From contig CDPCPM010000329.1 in assembly GCA_976551045.1 (NCBI GenBank), positions 1,240,001-1,304,000 of the forward strand: a DNA stretch of 64,000 nucleotides, read 5' to 3'. Under the pieces are notes generated by a model that worked only from the letters and a program-made list of their open reading frames with translations, was not told where the DNA came from and did no database searches. Positions 50,360-63,735 of this stretch are shown here, in pieces (position 1 is the stretch's first letter; each line of letters begins with the position of its first letter). The translations under genes and the position numbers were made by a program. Source of the stretch: Glaucostegus cemiculus. Its lineage: Eukaryota.

Positions 50360-50560
50360 TCAGAAATGCATGGTAAGAGGGAAGCATTTTGCACTGAGGG
50401 CCAGGAGGCTCATCAGAAGAGCTTAAAAGAAATTATCTCCCCTCATACAATGAAGCAATGTAGAAAGAACTGTCATGTTCTCGTGGTATGTCAGATGAGC
50501 AACATGCCACAGTCACACCTGAAGAATAGAGTTCTGAGTGATGAGGAAATACAGAAAGCT
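50360..50560 (+). pseudogene. Possible Myb/SANT-like second gene of the Harbinger element
   Basis: ORF 50366 contains PHTMKQCRKNCHVL and RVLSDEE, resembling PRTxxQCRKKFNDL and RVLTPxEE of Harbinger Myb-like proteins. Convergent with the transposase. Confidence 0.45.
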
Positions 50561-50829
50561 TGTAGCAAGTCATTTTAGTAACTTGGGCTCCCCACCTAAA
50601 TGCTGGCACACTCTGTTGCTAGCAAGGATTGGCATATAGAGAGGGATAATTAGCTTTCATTGGGTACTATGAATTTGCAGGCTCCTTATGAGTCCCTTAT
50701 ACCCCTGCCAACAATGTTTCCATCCTGTTTAACTGATAGACGATGCTGAATGGGGCATTCCCAGCAGTTGCTTTTTTTCCTCCAAGTCTTATAACTTGTG
50801 CTGCTATTCAGCCTTTGCTCATAGTTTTC

Positions 50830-51460
50830 AAGAATGTGTAAGATGACAATGACAACTGCAGGGTGCCCCTGAATTGATGTAGAAAATAGAATCTCATCTT
50901 CAGGAGACCAATGGTGTTATCAGCCTCTAATTACGTAGACCTACTTGTATAGGCACTTAGTACTGTAGTTGGAGTGTACGCTGATGTGATCCTTTTTCTA
51001 TTGAGCAGTACTGGCCACTGGAAACTTCCAGTAGCAGGGTCTTTCAAAAGGATGGAGTTGTGTACACTTCCTGGAAAAAAAGTGGCATTTGCTATGACAA
51101 AATTATTACAATCCACAAGCAGCATGTTGAAAGATATCCACACCCTCAACCTGTTCCTCAATGAAATCAAAACAGTCAAATCACTCCTTTATGAATACTG
51201 TGCCTCAGCATCCTATCTAATGCAACATCAAGCAGGCAATTGTGAAACATGGGAAAGATCTGTGGCCTTTTGGAAAGATACTGCTGTGAGGGAGTTGAGA
51301 GTCAATGTGACCTTGACTTCCATGGAGAGGGCAGTCCAGGTACGAGTGAATCCAAAGATCTTTCCACAGAACATCACACATCCCAGTGAAGACACTCACG
51401 GAAAATCCAAGCCTGTGAATACACTGTTCATCAGACATAGCTGTGGGAGTCTTCCTGCCC
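50830..51460 (-). pseudogene. Decayed PIF/Harbinger (HARBI1-like DDE) transposase
   Basis: Minus frames give MSDEQCIHRLGFS..CDVLWKDL, TALSMEVKVTLTLNSLTAVSFQKATDLSHVSQ, SFNMLLVDC..FPGSVHNSILL and TIGLLKMRFYFLHQFRGTLQ, collinear with Harbinger transposase motifs. Contains stops, frameshifts and deletions. Confidence 0.75.
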
Positions 51461-54232
51461 AGCCTAAAAATCTTATGGATTGTGCAGTACAGCTGCTATA
51501 AAACAGAATCTGAAAGTAGGTAGTTTAATTGGTCCATGATTTACAACTTACTAGAAGGTACTCCTCAAAGACAATTAGGTTGATCATTACAAACTGATTA
51601 TTTGGAATATTTCACACGTGCCAAGAAAAACAAGTGCTTAACAATGAAGTGACTCAAATATTAGTTATAATCTCATCTTGAAAAATGTTTGTTAATTGAG
51701 CTGGTATATCTGAATTCCTGACTGCTCATACATCAGTTTACAAGTCCATCAGTGTAACCATTTCCAAGAGGAATAGCACCTTTGACCATGAAAGCAGCAC
51801 TCAGTATTCAGGTTAAAAATGAATAGAGCACCTCCCAGCTACTGAGCTGGAATATCAGTATTTTATGAACCTAGATGTTATGTCTCCAATGCAAATCAGT
51901 TAATGAAGGCTGGTAATCATCCAGTGATGTCTTTCAAGGCTCTTCAGAGCAGAAGTTTTGATTTTTATAGAATAATTGTCAGTGATGCACCAATCTTGAT
52001 AATCAATGACAAAGTTTATGTTACAGGGATATAAAATGCAACTACTGAATAATTGGCTATAAAAGTTAGAAAATGATCAGAGAGTTTGTGGGAAATGGAT
52101 CAAGGATGCTTTGAAACTGTTGGAATAAGATGATGAGTATTGTTCATTCATTAGTACATAGTATGTATTCCTAAAGGTGCCATCTTCTGTCAAAATGGAT
52201 TTTTCTTGCAACAACCAAAGTAGCCCTTTTATCAAGTGGGAACCTCTGTGGAAGTTTACTGAGTAACAGAAGTATCACTGCCAAATCCATTCCTATCCAC
52301 AATGGTTCTTTCTCTGGCTTGTCACTGAACAAGCTCACAAATCCAACCCGATTTCCTCTAGCCAGAGGTCAGCACGGCAGCAGGAAATAAAACAGTAAAA
52401 TTGTATTATCCCAGTAGCTTCCTTGGTTGAGAACAGCACACAAAGCCAGCCTCAGATACTTGTCAATATAACTTTAATCAAGCAGTCTTTGGCATTGGTC
52501 TACAATCTTTCAAAAGGCTTAGAATATGTTCTAGTTTTAAAAAAATAATCATCACTTTGTTTTCAATGAACTGATCACAAATGTCATCTAGCTTGTCTAA
52601 GCAAACTAAAGCTAGGTGCAGAAAAGTTATCAATATTAGCCTGTTCAGGCTGTGTGACTCCTGGCCCATGACATTGTAATGGTGCCTTTTCACAGACCAG
52701 GGGCAACATGCTGGCCTTGCCTGCAACATCCTCATTCTGTGAAATGAGGTTGGGCACAAGTCTCCCTTTGTTAAACCCCACCTTAAAATGTATTTTGTTT
52801 AGGATTTAGACCATATAGAAGATTTGCTATACCATATCTAGACCATAGAAGATTAAGAGAAATTTGGATAGGTACATGTATGGCAGAGGTTTGGAAGGAT
52901 AATGTCTGCGTGCAGGTAGATAGGACGAGGCAGAAGATGAGGTTGACATGGACTAGATGGGCCAAAGTGCCCATTTCTATGACTCTACAACTCTGATCAA
53001 AAAAATAATAGGTATGACAACATTATCATTTAGATCCCCTAATAACTACAAGCCATTAATTTCCAGCCCTTGGGTAGTTTTCTGCAGGTGCTTTTTATGC
53101 TCTAAAACTTGCAGTTAGTCCAGTCATTAAAAATGCATTACAAGATTTGCCACATCTCTGGTATGAAAATTACAAATTCATTTGACACATTAATAAATAA
53201 ATCTGCCAAGGTGGATTGAACAGGCTAGAATATATTTATATTAATGCACCAAATAACACTGTGGAAATAACCCTCACAAACTAAGATACACAGAATGCAG
53301 CTGTTCAACCGTTCAACCAATGCAACCATTTTTCAACAAACATTGTCTATACAGCAAACCTTACCTTGTCAATTACTTTGCTTGCCTCTTCACTTTACAT
53401 AAGTGTTCAATGGTTCTCATGCCAAATTCAGTATATACACAGATGAACTCTCAAATACAACTTGCAAAGTATATAAACAATATCTAAAATTGCTAGTTTA
53501 CACCATATTTGTTGAGCAATTATTTATCCCGTAATTTACTCAAAACAGGACAAATGTTTTCAGTAAATCCCAGCAAACTGAGCAAGAAAAATTGAACTGC
53601 TGTTTCTCATGAATATCACAATGTCAAAAGTCGTATTTTAAACAGAAGCCAGATTCTGGTCACATGAGCCTTAAAAATCAGCTGCCAGATATTGGCATGT
53701 CAAAAGTATGCATGCAGACTAGCACACAAAAAAAAGATTTAGATACTATAAGCAGAGGATATCATGGCACAACTGGATAGGTTACTTCAGTCAATGGAAG
53801 AGTCCTCTAATATTAGACATATTGGAAAGATAAGGAGTAATGAAATGGAGAAGTTAATGGGCATTGGAGATAAGCAGAGATATATATTGATAAATTAATG
53901 GGATTGGTGCCAGGCAAAAATCTACAAGTGTCTACAAAGTAAGAATAACAGAAATTAAATTATAATTTTCTAAAGCTATTTCAATCCAGAGCAAACTAAC
54001 AACTGGAAGATAGTGAACAATTAACCAAGGTAGGTCAGCAAGTTCAGTGCAAGTTACTCCTGATGCAGCTCCCCAATTAATAGAGCATGCACTTACATTA
54101 TGGATTAGTATGGTTTTGCAATTATTAAGCCTTGTATAACTAACCAGCCAGAGCAGAGCTATGGATTTTGATTAAACTGGAGGTGGTAAGAATGAAGTTA
54201 ATGAAACCAAACTGGTCATAGAATTGGTCTAA

Positions 54233-54330
54233 AAACGTACAGGTAGTTTAATTTGGGGGTTTAAAATGGGCCGTTTGGTCCAAAAGGGCCTGTTACCACG
54301 CTGTAAATAAAATTTAAAATTTAAAAATTC
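54233..54330 (+). mobile_element. 5'-truncated V-SINE, same subfamily as 468-708
   Basis: acgtacaggtagtttaatttgggggtttaaaatgggc..agggcctgttaccacgctgtaaataaaattt is near-identical to 610-700. Confidence 0.85.
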
Positions 54331-54689
54331 AACACACATACTCTAAAATACTGTGCATTTAGCTCATTCAGTCAAGGACAACTTGCACTCTGAGGATGCT
54401 TAAAAAGGTGAATTATTGTGAGATACCCATTAGTTTCCTGTGACACTGGACATGGGGAAAAAGAGCATGCTCCAGCTTAAATGGGAGGGAGGTGGGCAAG
54501 CATTAACTGTTTATATAACTGTGTTGAGTTGTACTGTCAACGCAGCCCTATGACCACTGCAACAGTCAGGTCACATTAGATGCTGTAACCATCCAACCCC
54601 AATTCACCCTGTGCTTGGATCAAAGATGATTTTTCCATAAATGAAACATGCTGATACCCATCTTATACTTCTAGGTATGGACAATTCAT

Positions 54690-54930
54690 CTGTCATAGAC
54701 TCATACAGCATGGAAACAGACCCTTTGGCCCAACTTGTCCATGCTAACTGTTGCCCAGCAAGCTAGTTCCATCTGCTCGCATTTGGTCCATAGCCCTCTA
54801 AACCTCTCCTAGACATGTACTTAGCTAGCTGGCTTTTAAATGATGCTAATGTGCCTGCCTCAACCACTAAGGCAGCTCATTCCTAATACACACCACCCTT
54901 TGCATGAAGAAACTGCCCCTGATGTCCTTA
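54690..54930 (-). mobile_element. CR1 3' end
   Basis: tcatagactcatacagcatggaaacagaccctttggccc is a reverse-complement CR1 tail. Confidence 0.8.
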
Positions 54931-55479
54931 AACAGATGCCAGCACAAACCTCTCACCCAAGTTAACCTGGGTGGGGTGTTAGTCTAGTCACTGTTGACAC
55001 CACCATGGAATAGTTGCTTTGGTTTATATGAGTACAAAAAAAAGGGACTTATCCTGACATCATGACTTATTACGCGGGAATATTTAAAACAAATTGAGAA
55101 GCATAGAATAAATTCACTTGAAACAAATAAGATTTCCTGCCATTCAGCTGGCAGGATAAAAACAGCAACAAAACAGCATTATTGGCAGCAGGGTGTGATA
55201 ACACAAATTATCACACAATTTGACAAGAGAGTTCCATTTTGCAAACAGGAAGTGCACATAGATTTTAAAATGGCAAAACAAGCTTGGTAACCAAACAGCA
55301 CACACTTGCCCCACCACCACCTCCCATAAACTGACATGCTGGGGCAACAGATACGCTAGATGGAGACAGAAAATAATGGCAAAACACTGCATAAAATTCT
55401 AGATCCTTAAGTCCATACAGTATAATCTTCCTTATTATTTACAATTTGCTTATTCTTTGAACAATATTTCATGTTTATA

Positions 55480-55800
55480 TTTCTTTATGACACTGGTCAT
55501 TTGATCCATCTCATCCATGCTTTCCCTGTAGACCCATTCTCACTTATCTCCCTCTATCCTATTGTTTCGCACATGCTCATTAACTCTGCCCAACTTTTTT
55601 TTCCACCCACCAAAACCAAGGCCGATCTTAACAACAGCCAATCAACCTACCAGCAATTCTTTGACGTGGAAAGAAACTAGAGGAGCTAGGAGAAACCCAT
55701 GGAGAATTATGAAAACTGCACATGGGTAGTCACAGAGGTCAGGATTAAATAAATCCAGGGCATTGGACCTGTGAACCAGCAGTAACTGTCACTGTGCCAC
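55480..55800 (-). mobile_element. Old V-SINE
   Basis: gtggaaagaaactagaggagctaggagaaacccatgg..cagaggtcaggatt..cactgtgccac is the reverse complement of the V-core and head. Confidence 0.6.
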
Positions 55801-55874
55801 ACCTATAAGCACATGAGTACGGGTTCTCACAAATTAAGGTGATCAGAAACCATGTTCTGCAGCCACAAGTGGGA

Positions 55875-56720
55875 TTCCCAAAGATAGAGTTGCCTGCCCT
55901 ATGCCAGGATTAGGGAAATTTCCATGGGGCTTGAGAGGGATGTGGAATGGGAAGGGAAGGATGCAGTTACTGTGGCCCACATAGAAACCAATGACATAAG
56001 AATTAAGAATCTCTACTGAGGAAGTGGGATATAAATTGACAAGCAGAGCATAAAGGTCATCTGTTCATGGAGGCAGAGTGCATGGCTGAGATACCAAATG
56101 AGAAATTTACATCAATTTTTACACAGGAGTACCAAAGGATTAGGTAGCTTAGATTCCAGATGGGCTAAAAATTGATAAAGAGAAGGGACTAGAAAGGCAA
56201 GTGGCTCTTAACATGAATAAATCACCAGGTCCAGATGGGAAGCACCCAAAACTGCTAAGGGAAGGGGAGAAATTGCTGAGACCCTGGGCATAAGCTTGCA
56301 AACCCCATAAATTCAGGGATGAAGGTGAAGCCTGCAAAATTTCAAATGCTTTTCCCTTGTTCCAAAACTAAAAAGACTCGAGGCATAAATCTAGCAAACA
56401 CAGTCAGCTTAGCCTCTGCAATGGGGAAAATTCTCAAAGCAATAATCATGGACAGATTTAAGTTACTTGGACTACCGTGGATCGATTAGAGAAAGCCAGA
56501 ATTGGATTTGCGTCTAATTAAGGACAGGGCATTCTGATGAAGTAACAGAATGTTGAGGAGGGAAATGTGTTAATCTGTTAATGTAGACATTCAAATGAGA
56601 TCTGATGAAGCACCACATAATAAATGTGTCATCAAGACTGAATAAAAGGTACTGTAGCCTCAATGGGAGAAAATCAGCTAAGTAACAAGAAACAATGCAG
56701 TCTTCAGTGAAGGCAGAATA
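55875..56720 (+). mobile_element. Decayed CR1 with ORF1 esterase and ORF2 remnants
   Basis: EISMGLERDVEWEGKDAVTVAHIETNDI resembles the CR1 ORF1 SGNH motif VVVHVGTNDI. NKSPGPDGKHPKLLRE is ORF2-like. Confidence 0.65.
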
Positions 56721-57724
56721 GAGCCAACTACTTTTCCCCATTGCTCAGGACTGAAATTTGATCCATTAAGTTACCCATCTTTTATCCTTCAGTCCACACT
56801 GCACCAATATTCCAGATCAACAGAGTCTACTCCAGTCCGCTGCCACTCACCTTATGTTCCCCATCGCTTCTCAACAGATTGTTTTACTCTCCTCCACTCC
56901 CAGAACAGTCCCTGGTAATTCCTTTACTGCAGCCACTCCCTTACCACCAAACCCACTATCAGCACAGGCCCTGATTAGGCTCACATATGTTGACTCTCCT
57001 GACCTCCACAAGCCTCTGTCTTCCTTCTGAGTGCACCAGAATTTTTTTGCAATTATTATTAATTATTAGGAAAATAAAATCTGTTCCTGATTGAGATTAG
57101 CCTACTAATTCTTGTTTTAATATTACAGAACCTTTTTTTTATAAAGATGAATAACTGAGCTAGACCTATGGTGGTTTCTAAAACATTCATTACTGGCAAC
57201 GTTCTCTGTCATTCCAATACACTGGTAGAGCTATACAACTTAACATGCCTTATTTTCATATAAATGTGGGTTTAAGAAACATATTCTGCTACAATTACAA
57301 TTATAGCTTGGACAGCTATTGTTTCACTAGCTAGGATCAGCAAGTCAACTATTTACCAGATTAAACATAACGTGACACTTAGCCAATTACTTAAAGTGCA
57401 TTTTGCTCATTAAAATGGAATTTATGAAGGGATCTTTTTGAATGCAGACATTTTAATCCAACTAATTGATCTCCCGAGATGCTGATTGTGGAGAAAAGTG
57501 ATAACTTTAGCAAGCATTTAGTGAATTTCTTCAATTTAGTTATATGTTTTATTTCCCTTCACTTTTGATTTTCTCCATTTGAAGCTATTGTGCTCAGTAG
57601 CTTTATTTGTTTTTTGCTCTTTCCTTCAGGTTTATTAGTTTCTGCTTTGCATTTAATTAACTTACAACAGTTCTCTTAAGGTGTGTACATAGTTATTTTT
57701 GCCAAAATACTTGTTAATACACAA

Positions 57725-58601
57725 ATTCTAAGAACTTCGTAGATTAAATGTCTTCAAGGTGTGATGCTGGAAGCTTCATAATGTGTTGTAGATGTAAATA
57801 CAAAGTAACATTTAAAGATAGCATAGGAACTGTCAAAAACTACTTAAAGTATAATTTAATTAAGACCAGTATTAATTACATGCAATAGTTAAAAACTGCT
57901 TTAACTGTCCTCTCATTTACTGTTGGTTGATGTTTGGCAGCACAATTACTAAGCAGTTAGCAGTTTCACACTTGACCCAGCTGGGTGCTTCCTCACCATA
58001 TTGTTCAGCCATTCTCCTTCCATTAAAATTAAGGATCTTTTTATTAAAAACACACTTTTCTCCCAAATCATCAGTTTTCTTGCTAATATGACAGAAGTTT
58101 GAATTGGGTTCCCCTCGTTTTTGAGCTGTTCTAGTGTTGGGAAGTATTATAAAGCAGCTCCATCCCTGAAGTACCTGCACTTCAGACCAAGGATAAAATA
58201 GGAGGTCAACCTAAGGAGATTTTGTAGAAATGAAGGAACTATCAGGATTAGAAAATCTGAGCACCACAGTTAAAACAATACAAAGCAACAGAAAAACATT
58301 ATTGAATCAGTGGATCAATAAAATTAAATACAAACACCAAATTGTTCAATCCATCAAGCGATTGCAAAAGCCAGTTCAACTATACCAGTTAAAAGAAAAC
58401 AACAAATAAACTGAACAAATATTCAACAACAGAAGAGATTTACCCTGTTATGTTGTTCCCACAAACCAATTAGCATTTTGGAAGAGACAATTCATTGATC
58501 TTTACATTTTAAAAATGACATAATTCAATTCAAAATAAAAGGATATTATTCTAAGAACTTCATAGATTAAATGCCTTCAAGGTGTGATGCTGGAAACTTC
58601 A
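57725..58601 (+). repeat. Dispersed 54-bp direct repeat (57725-57778 and 58548-58601)
   Basis: attctaagaacttc(g/a)tagattaaatg(t/c)cttcaaggtgtgatgctggaa(g/a)cttca, 51/54 identical, 823 bp apart. Confidence 0.95.
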
Positions 58602-61241
58602 GCAATTCATCCTTGATATTCCTTATGCTTGGCATACTGTGATCATCTGCACTTCTTGTATGTAATCCGGCTATCAACAATTCATATATAGTACATGTCG
58701 ATAAAAGAATCTGCATTCAGTCAAGATACTTTGTGACTTTTCCCCCTGCCATACAGTAACTTAACTGACCTACCAATTGCACACCAGTTTTGCATAATGC
58801 AAAGTTGAACAGAATCTTCACTGCTTTCACTTTTAAAAAAAGCAACATGATATTTTCATAACAGTACAATGGACCTTCATTAAAATTGTTCCAAGGAAAT
58901 CATTTACATTCAGCTGACTGGGCAGTTAAATACAATATTTTTAACAATGAGTGGATGAAAATATCTATTACTTCAAGTATTTTACATTCTGATGAAACAC
59001 AAACAGGGAAAATTGACAGCTGAAATAGAAATGAAAACTTCATCTTTAATTCCTAAACACAAAAAAAAAAATGCATTCTGTCGACAATTCAGCATCCTAA
59101 CTACAAGATGCAATGCACTTTCATTAAGTTTATCTTGTTTGGAAGACTTTCGATTGCTCTCATGGAGACAAGTGCCGATGCCAAAGCACTACAAATTACG
59201 GGCAAATGCAAAATATTGTTTTAATGACCCACAGCTGAGTTTGCACAATGTTGTTTTGATGTACTGCTATGGTTTCCTTTCTCGGGGGTGGGGGGGGGGC
59301 AGTACACCCTCCTTTCATATATTTTCATACAGATGGCCGTTTTGCCTTGCCACAACTATCTGAAGAAATGCAATACATTCCAAATAAGGTCATTAGGATA
59401 ATTGCTAATGACCATATTAATGATTATTGCTTCATTTTGGATCATCATGTACAATTATAGTACAACTAAAGTACACACAGGGAAAAAACAAAATCAGAAA
59501 TCTGGAAACTAGAGAGACTATTCTAATTGTTGAACACTACATTCCAAGCCTATACAATATAAAGAATCATTCCTGCTGTTCTCCCCCACCCCCAAAATCT
59601 TTTGCCCCAAACATACACATTTGTCTCAATCAGAAATCATGAACTTTCATTTCAATGTAACTGATGGCATGTAACCACAGGTAAGAATACTGGAAACGAT
59701 CACTTCAAGCGGATGGCAAGATTAACTCAAAGAAGATTTACAGCATTGCCTGTAGAGTTCAACATCCTTTTACAAAATGTGATGCACTGTGGATGTCAAA
59801 ATGAAATTTCATTCTAAAGTTGTCAACATAAAGTCACTGCAAAAATGAACATAAAATATGGCCCATTGAAATACAACAAAATGAAATACAGAAGAACATA
59901 GATAACTTTGTTCATTGAGTAAATGCATACAGAAATGTGATGATCAACATTATACGTTTCATATTTCACTTTCCACAGCACCTCTATAGTTAATGTCACA
60001 ATTGCACTAACAGGTGAGCACCCAGTTAACTTGGCTAGAGTCCACTTAATTTCTCATTCGTTATTGCCTCCAAGACACAAAAACTTCAGTTATTTGGGCT
60101 TATTATGGTAATGTCACAAAAATTCTTCCCAATATAATCAAAACTTTATCAAGCCACAGAATGACTTCATGAATTATGTAATGATTGTGGAATTCAAGAA
60201 CCAAACCGACTTGGATTTAATTAGTTGACCTCCACTAAACTAATTTTTTTTAGACCATGGCAACAAATCTGAACAGAATAATTTCACTTCCAGAAATGGA
60301 TCTTGGCCAACTTTGAAACCATAGTGAGTTGGTTTGGAAAATAAAGGAAACCATTCATCCAATGGAAATGATTCCTCGCTGACGTAGCAGCATTTTCATG
60401 AGTTTGTCTTCCCTTCCTCCAATCTCCCTCCAAACATTATTTCCATGAATTTGAAGTTAACCTAAAGTCTCAGAGGAGCTTCAAAACTTAGGCAGCGTGC
60501 AGATTAAGAGTTAGCCACTCCCTACAATTATGAAATGCTCTTTCAGCATCTGATGATAGTGAATTGCTTCTTATTCAGAAATGCTTTTGCACAAATCATT
60601 ACAAAATGAATTTATCATTACAAAGTATCCAAAGGATCGTTATATTTACCCATGTTGCTCTCATTCCATAAAATATGGATTCCCCCAAAACAAAGGTTTA
60701 CAACAGTTTGGAATTTGCAGTGAGCAGCAAAAGATCAGCACTTGACATTCACAACTCTAATACACTGAGCTGATATTTGAGTGGAGACATCAACATTGGC
60801 TGGATCATCCAGATTTCCTGCTCAAGAATCTACCCAAACGATATGGAGGGCCCATCTTGTTGGGTTCTGCTGCATAGTTTCAGCAATAACAGAACACCCA
60901 GTGATGCCATGAGAAGTCCCTACCCTTGTGGCATTCTTAACAGGCTTTGACAGTTTCAAAGCTGGCTTTGTCACTGAAAAAGCTACCACTAAGTTTTTTT
61001 TAAATGATTTTGAGATTCAGCCATTTAAAAATATTATATTTGAAGTAAATAATTAAAACATTACATAAAACAAAAAAAAAGTATAAATAATTAAAAACAG
61101 AAACTGAGTGGTGATTACCCAGAAGGGTGGAAAATCCCAGCAAGTCTGCCACTAGACTTCAAATCTGTCAAAGTCTCAAACTTCCATATCTTACAGTGCA
61201 TTCCTACAGCTTCTGGACTTAACTCAGTTTAAAATGCTGTA

Positions 61242-61406
61242 CAGGCAGTCCCCAGGTTACGCAAGAGTTCCATTCATTAATGACTGGATACAATGAAATA
61301 TTTCATTATTACTACTAGCTTGAAAAATGGTTTAAAAAAGTATGGGAGAATTTGTGTAAAGGTGGATTTCAATAAGTCAGGTCATTCATTACCCAAGGTG
61401 CCTCTG
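61242..61406. mobile_element. Tigger/pogo-type MITE (Tc1/mariner superfamily), decayed
   Basis: TA-CAGGCAGTCCCCAGGTTACG at the left, an imperfect inverted end attacccaaggtgcctctg-TA at the right. Confidence 0.6.
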
Positions 61407-61819
61407 TATACCAGCAGTTCCATTCAGAATCCTCTGCAATAATCAGTGGGTTACAGTCCAATGGATTATCTAGCATTGTTCCATTCACAGTGGATTTCTG
61501 ACATTTGTGAGCTGCAAAGTGACAGTGTACCCTTTCGAACTATAAGAATGAAGAACCTTCACTGAGAGGAAATTTAAATTGGACTTAAATTATATACAGA
61601 AAGTGTAATAGTGATTTGGAAAGAAAGATGGCAGAGGGGCAGAGGTGTTTTATTATTACATTATTACTAAGTAATCTTTGAAGGAAAAAGATTCCACAAT
61701 TACAATGTTTCTTAAAACTTAATACAGAAACTGGGCATATGTATGGCTGATTACACAATTTTAAACCTAAACCTGTGTGCACCAATCCTAACATTTTCTG
61801 CTATGTTTATTGCTAGCTA

Positions 61820-62119
61820 TAGGTCCTCCCCAGATTACCAATGCACAAGCTGTGCCTACGAGCAAGCAATTTGGGAGATCAGTGGGACAGATTTGCTGGC
61901 TGCTGCAAGCATCTTCTGCCGTGTGGTACCTCAGTTCACAGCAGTATCATTGCATCTTGCAAATATCTGAATGGTTAAGTTAAATGTCCTGGGTTAACTA
62001 CATGTTGGCCAATGTTTTTATTTAAATATATTGCTCGGCAGCCGCATTTTGGACTTATGAACTATTTGGGTTACCAACAGTTCTCAGCAATGGAAGTGTC
62101 ATAACCTGGGGAGGACCTG
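61820..62119. mobile_element. Tigger/pogo-type MITE with TA target duplication
   Basis: Left TA-TAGGTCCTCCCCAGATTAC; right ATAACCTGGGGAGGACCTG-TA (reverse complement CAGGTCCTCCCCAGGTTAT). The 19-bp TIR has 3 mismatches. Confidence 0.8.
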
Positions 62120-62414
62120 TAATGGCAACTAATGGTCAAGCAACACAACAACGTCCTTAAACTGATTTCAGTGCCAAGTTACCTTCATAGCATGGCAACT
62201 CTGATCACAAGTTTCAGATTTCCTCACTTGCTATCTGAATTAATTCACAATAGGAGTTCTGTTGTTAGCCTCAACCATTTTTTCAATGGCCTGTGTAGCA
62301 ATGCTGAAAAACTGAATACACATTAAATAAGAACCTTGTAAAAGTTAATTTTAATTGCGGCAAAGTTAATAGACAAATGAACTCAAAAATTTAAATGGCC
62401 CACATCTTAAATAT

Positions 62415-62975
62415 AGGCCCCTAGTCAGACCCCACTTGGAGTATTGTGCTCAGTTCTGGGTGCCTCACTACAGGTAAAGATGTGGAAGCTATAGAAATGG
62501 TGCAGAGGAGGTTTACGAGGATGCTGCCTGGAATGCGGAGCATGTCTTATGAAAGCAGGTTGAGGGAACTCGGCCTTTTCTCCTTGGAGAGGAGGATGAT
62601 GAGGAGGGAACCTGATAGAGGTATATAAGATTATGAAAGGTATTGATCGGGTAGATAGTCAGAGGCTTTTCCCCAGGGCTGAAATGGTGGCCATAAGAGG
62701 ACATAGGTTTAAGGTGCTGGGAGGTAGATATAGAGGAAATGTCATGGGTAAATTTTTTTACTCAGAGAGTGGTGAGTGCGTGGAATGGGCTGCCGGAAAC
62801 AGTGGTGGAGGCGGATACGATAGGGTCTTTCACGAGACTGTTAGATAGGTACATGGAGCCAAGTAAAATAGAGGGCTATGGGTAAGCCTAGTAATTTCTA
62901 GGGTAGGGACATGTTCAGCACAGCTTTGTGGGCTGAAGGGCCTGAATTGTGTTGTAGTTTTTCTATGTTTCTAAT
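62415..62975 (+). mobile_element. Relatively young CR1 3' fragment
   Basis: LVRPHLEYCAQFW..KDVEAIEMVQRRFTRMLPGM..LFSLERR and IMKGIDRVDSQRLFP..RGHRFKV; tail ending ttctatgtttcta. Confidence 0.92.
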
Positions 62976-63059
62976 TATAACCCATTTTAGAATTTTTCTC
63001 TAGAAATTATAAATTTGGATTGAGACTTGCTTTTCTGATATCCAGTACTAGATGAGCAG

Positions 63060-63735
63060 AAATATCCTCCACATCAATGCTTGGATAACCCAAGCCACCA
63101 TCTTCAGTCCTCACAACCAATGCCATTCTTTAGTCACCAACTCTTTCCCTAATTATGCAAACTTGATTACAATCCTGTTATGATATTTACTCCCAAGATG
63201 AGCACTGGACCATATATCCAAAACTCCTCCAAAGTTACCCATTTCCATGACATTATCAGACTCATCCTCCTGCCACAGCTTATCTAGGTCTTCCCTAGCT
63301 AAAGACTCCTGGCTAGGTTTAAAGTCACCTAAAACTCTGCTGCCGTGTTCATTTCTACACAGTTCTGTTCATCCATCAACACTGTTAAATAATGCCAATT
63401 TTAAATTCTCATCTTGGTTTTTACATCCTTCTATTGTCTCTCCACAATCCATATCAATCTTCTTTTGCCCCAAAACCTTTTTGTATCTCAGGTCTTCTAA
63501 CTATGGACTCTTAACCATCGTCAAGTTGAATCACTCCACCTTGGCTAGTCATTGTTAAGTGACTAAAGCCCTCAAGCTTTGGAACTCATTTTCTAACCTC
63601 TCCTTCTTAAGGTCAATCCAAATTTTTGGTTCCACATCTCCTATTTTGGTTCAGTGTCAAACCTTCTTTGATAATGATCCTGTGAAACAACTTCAGTATT
63701 TTAATACGTGCTCATAAATACAAGTTATTGGTGTT
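63060..63735 (+). mobile_element. Decayed L2 LINE 3' portion
   Basis: aaaactctgctgcc..ttttaaattctcatc..tttggttcagtgtcaaa..cctgtgaaac..ataaatacaagttattg matches the recalled elasmobranch L2 3' layout. Confidence 0.55.

Noticed and set aside
50974-51501. 175-aa plus-strand ORF as a novel gene
   Set aside because: It is the antisense of the decayed Harbinger transposase, with no recognisable domain or splice support.
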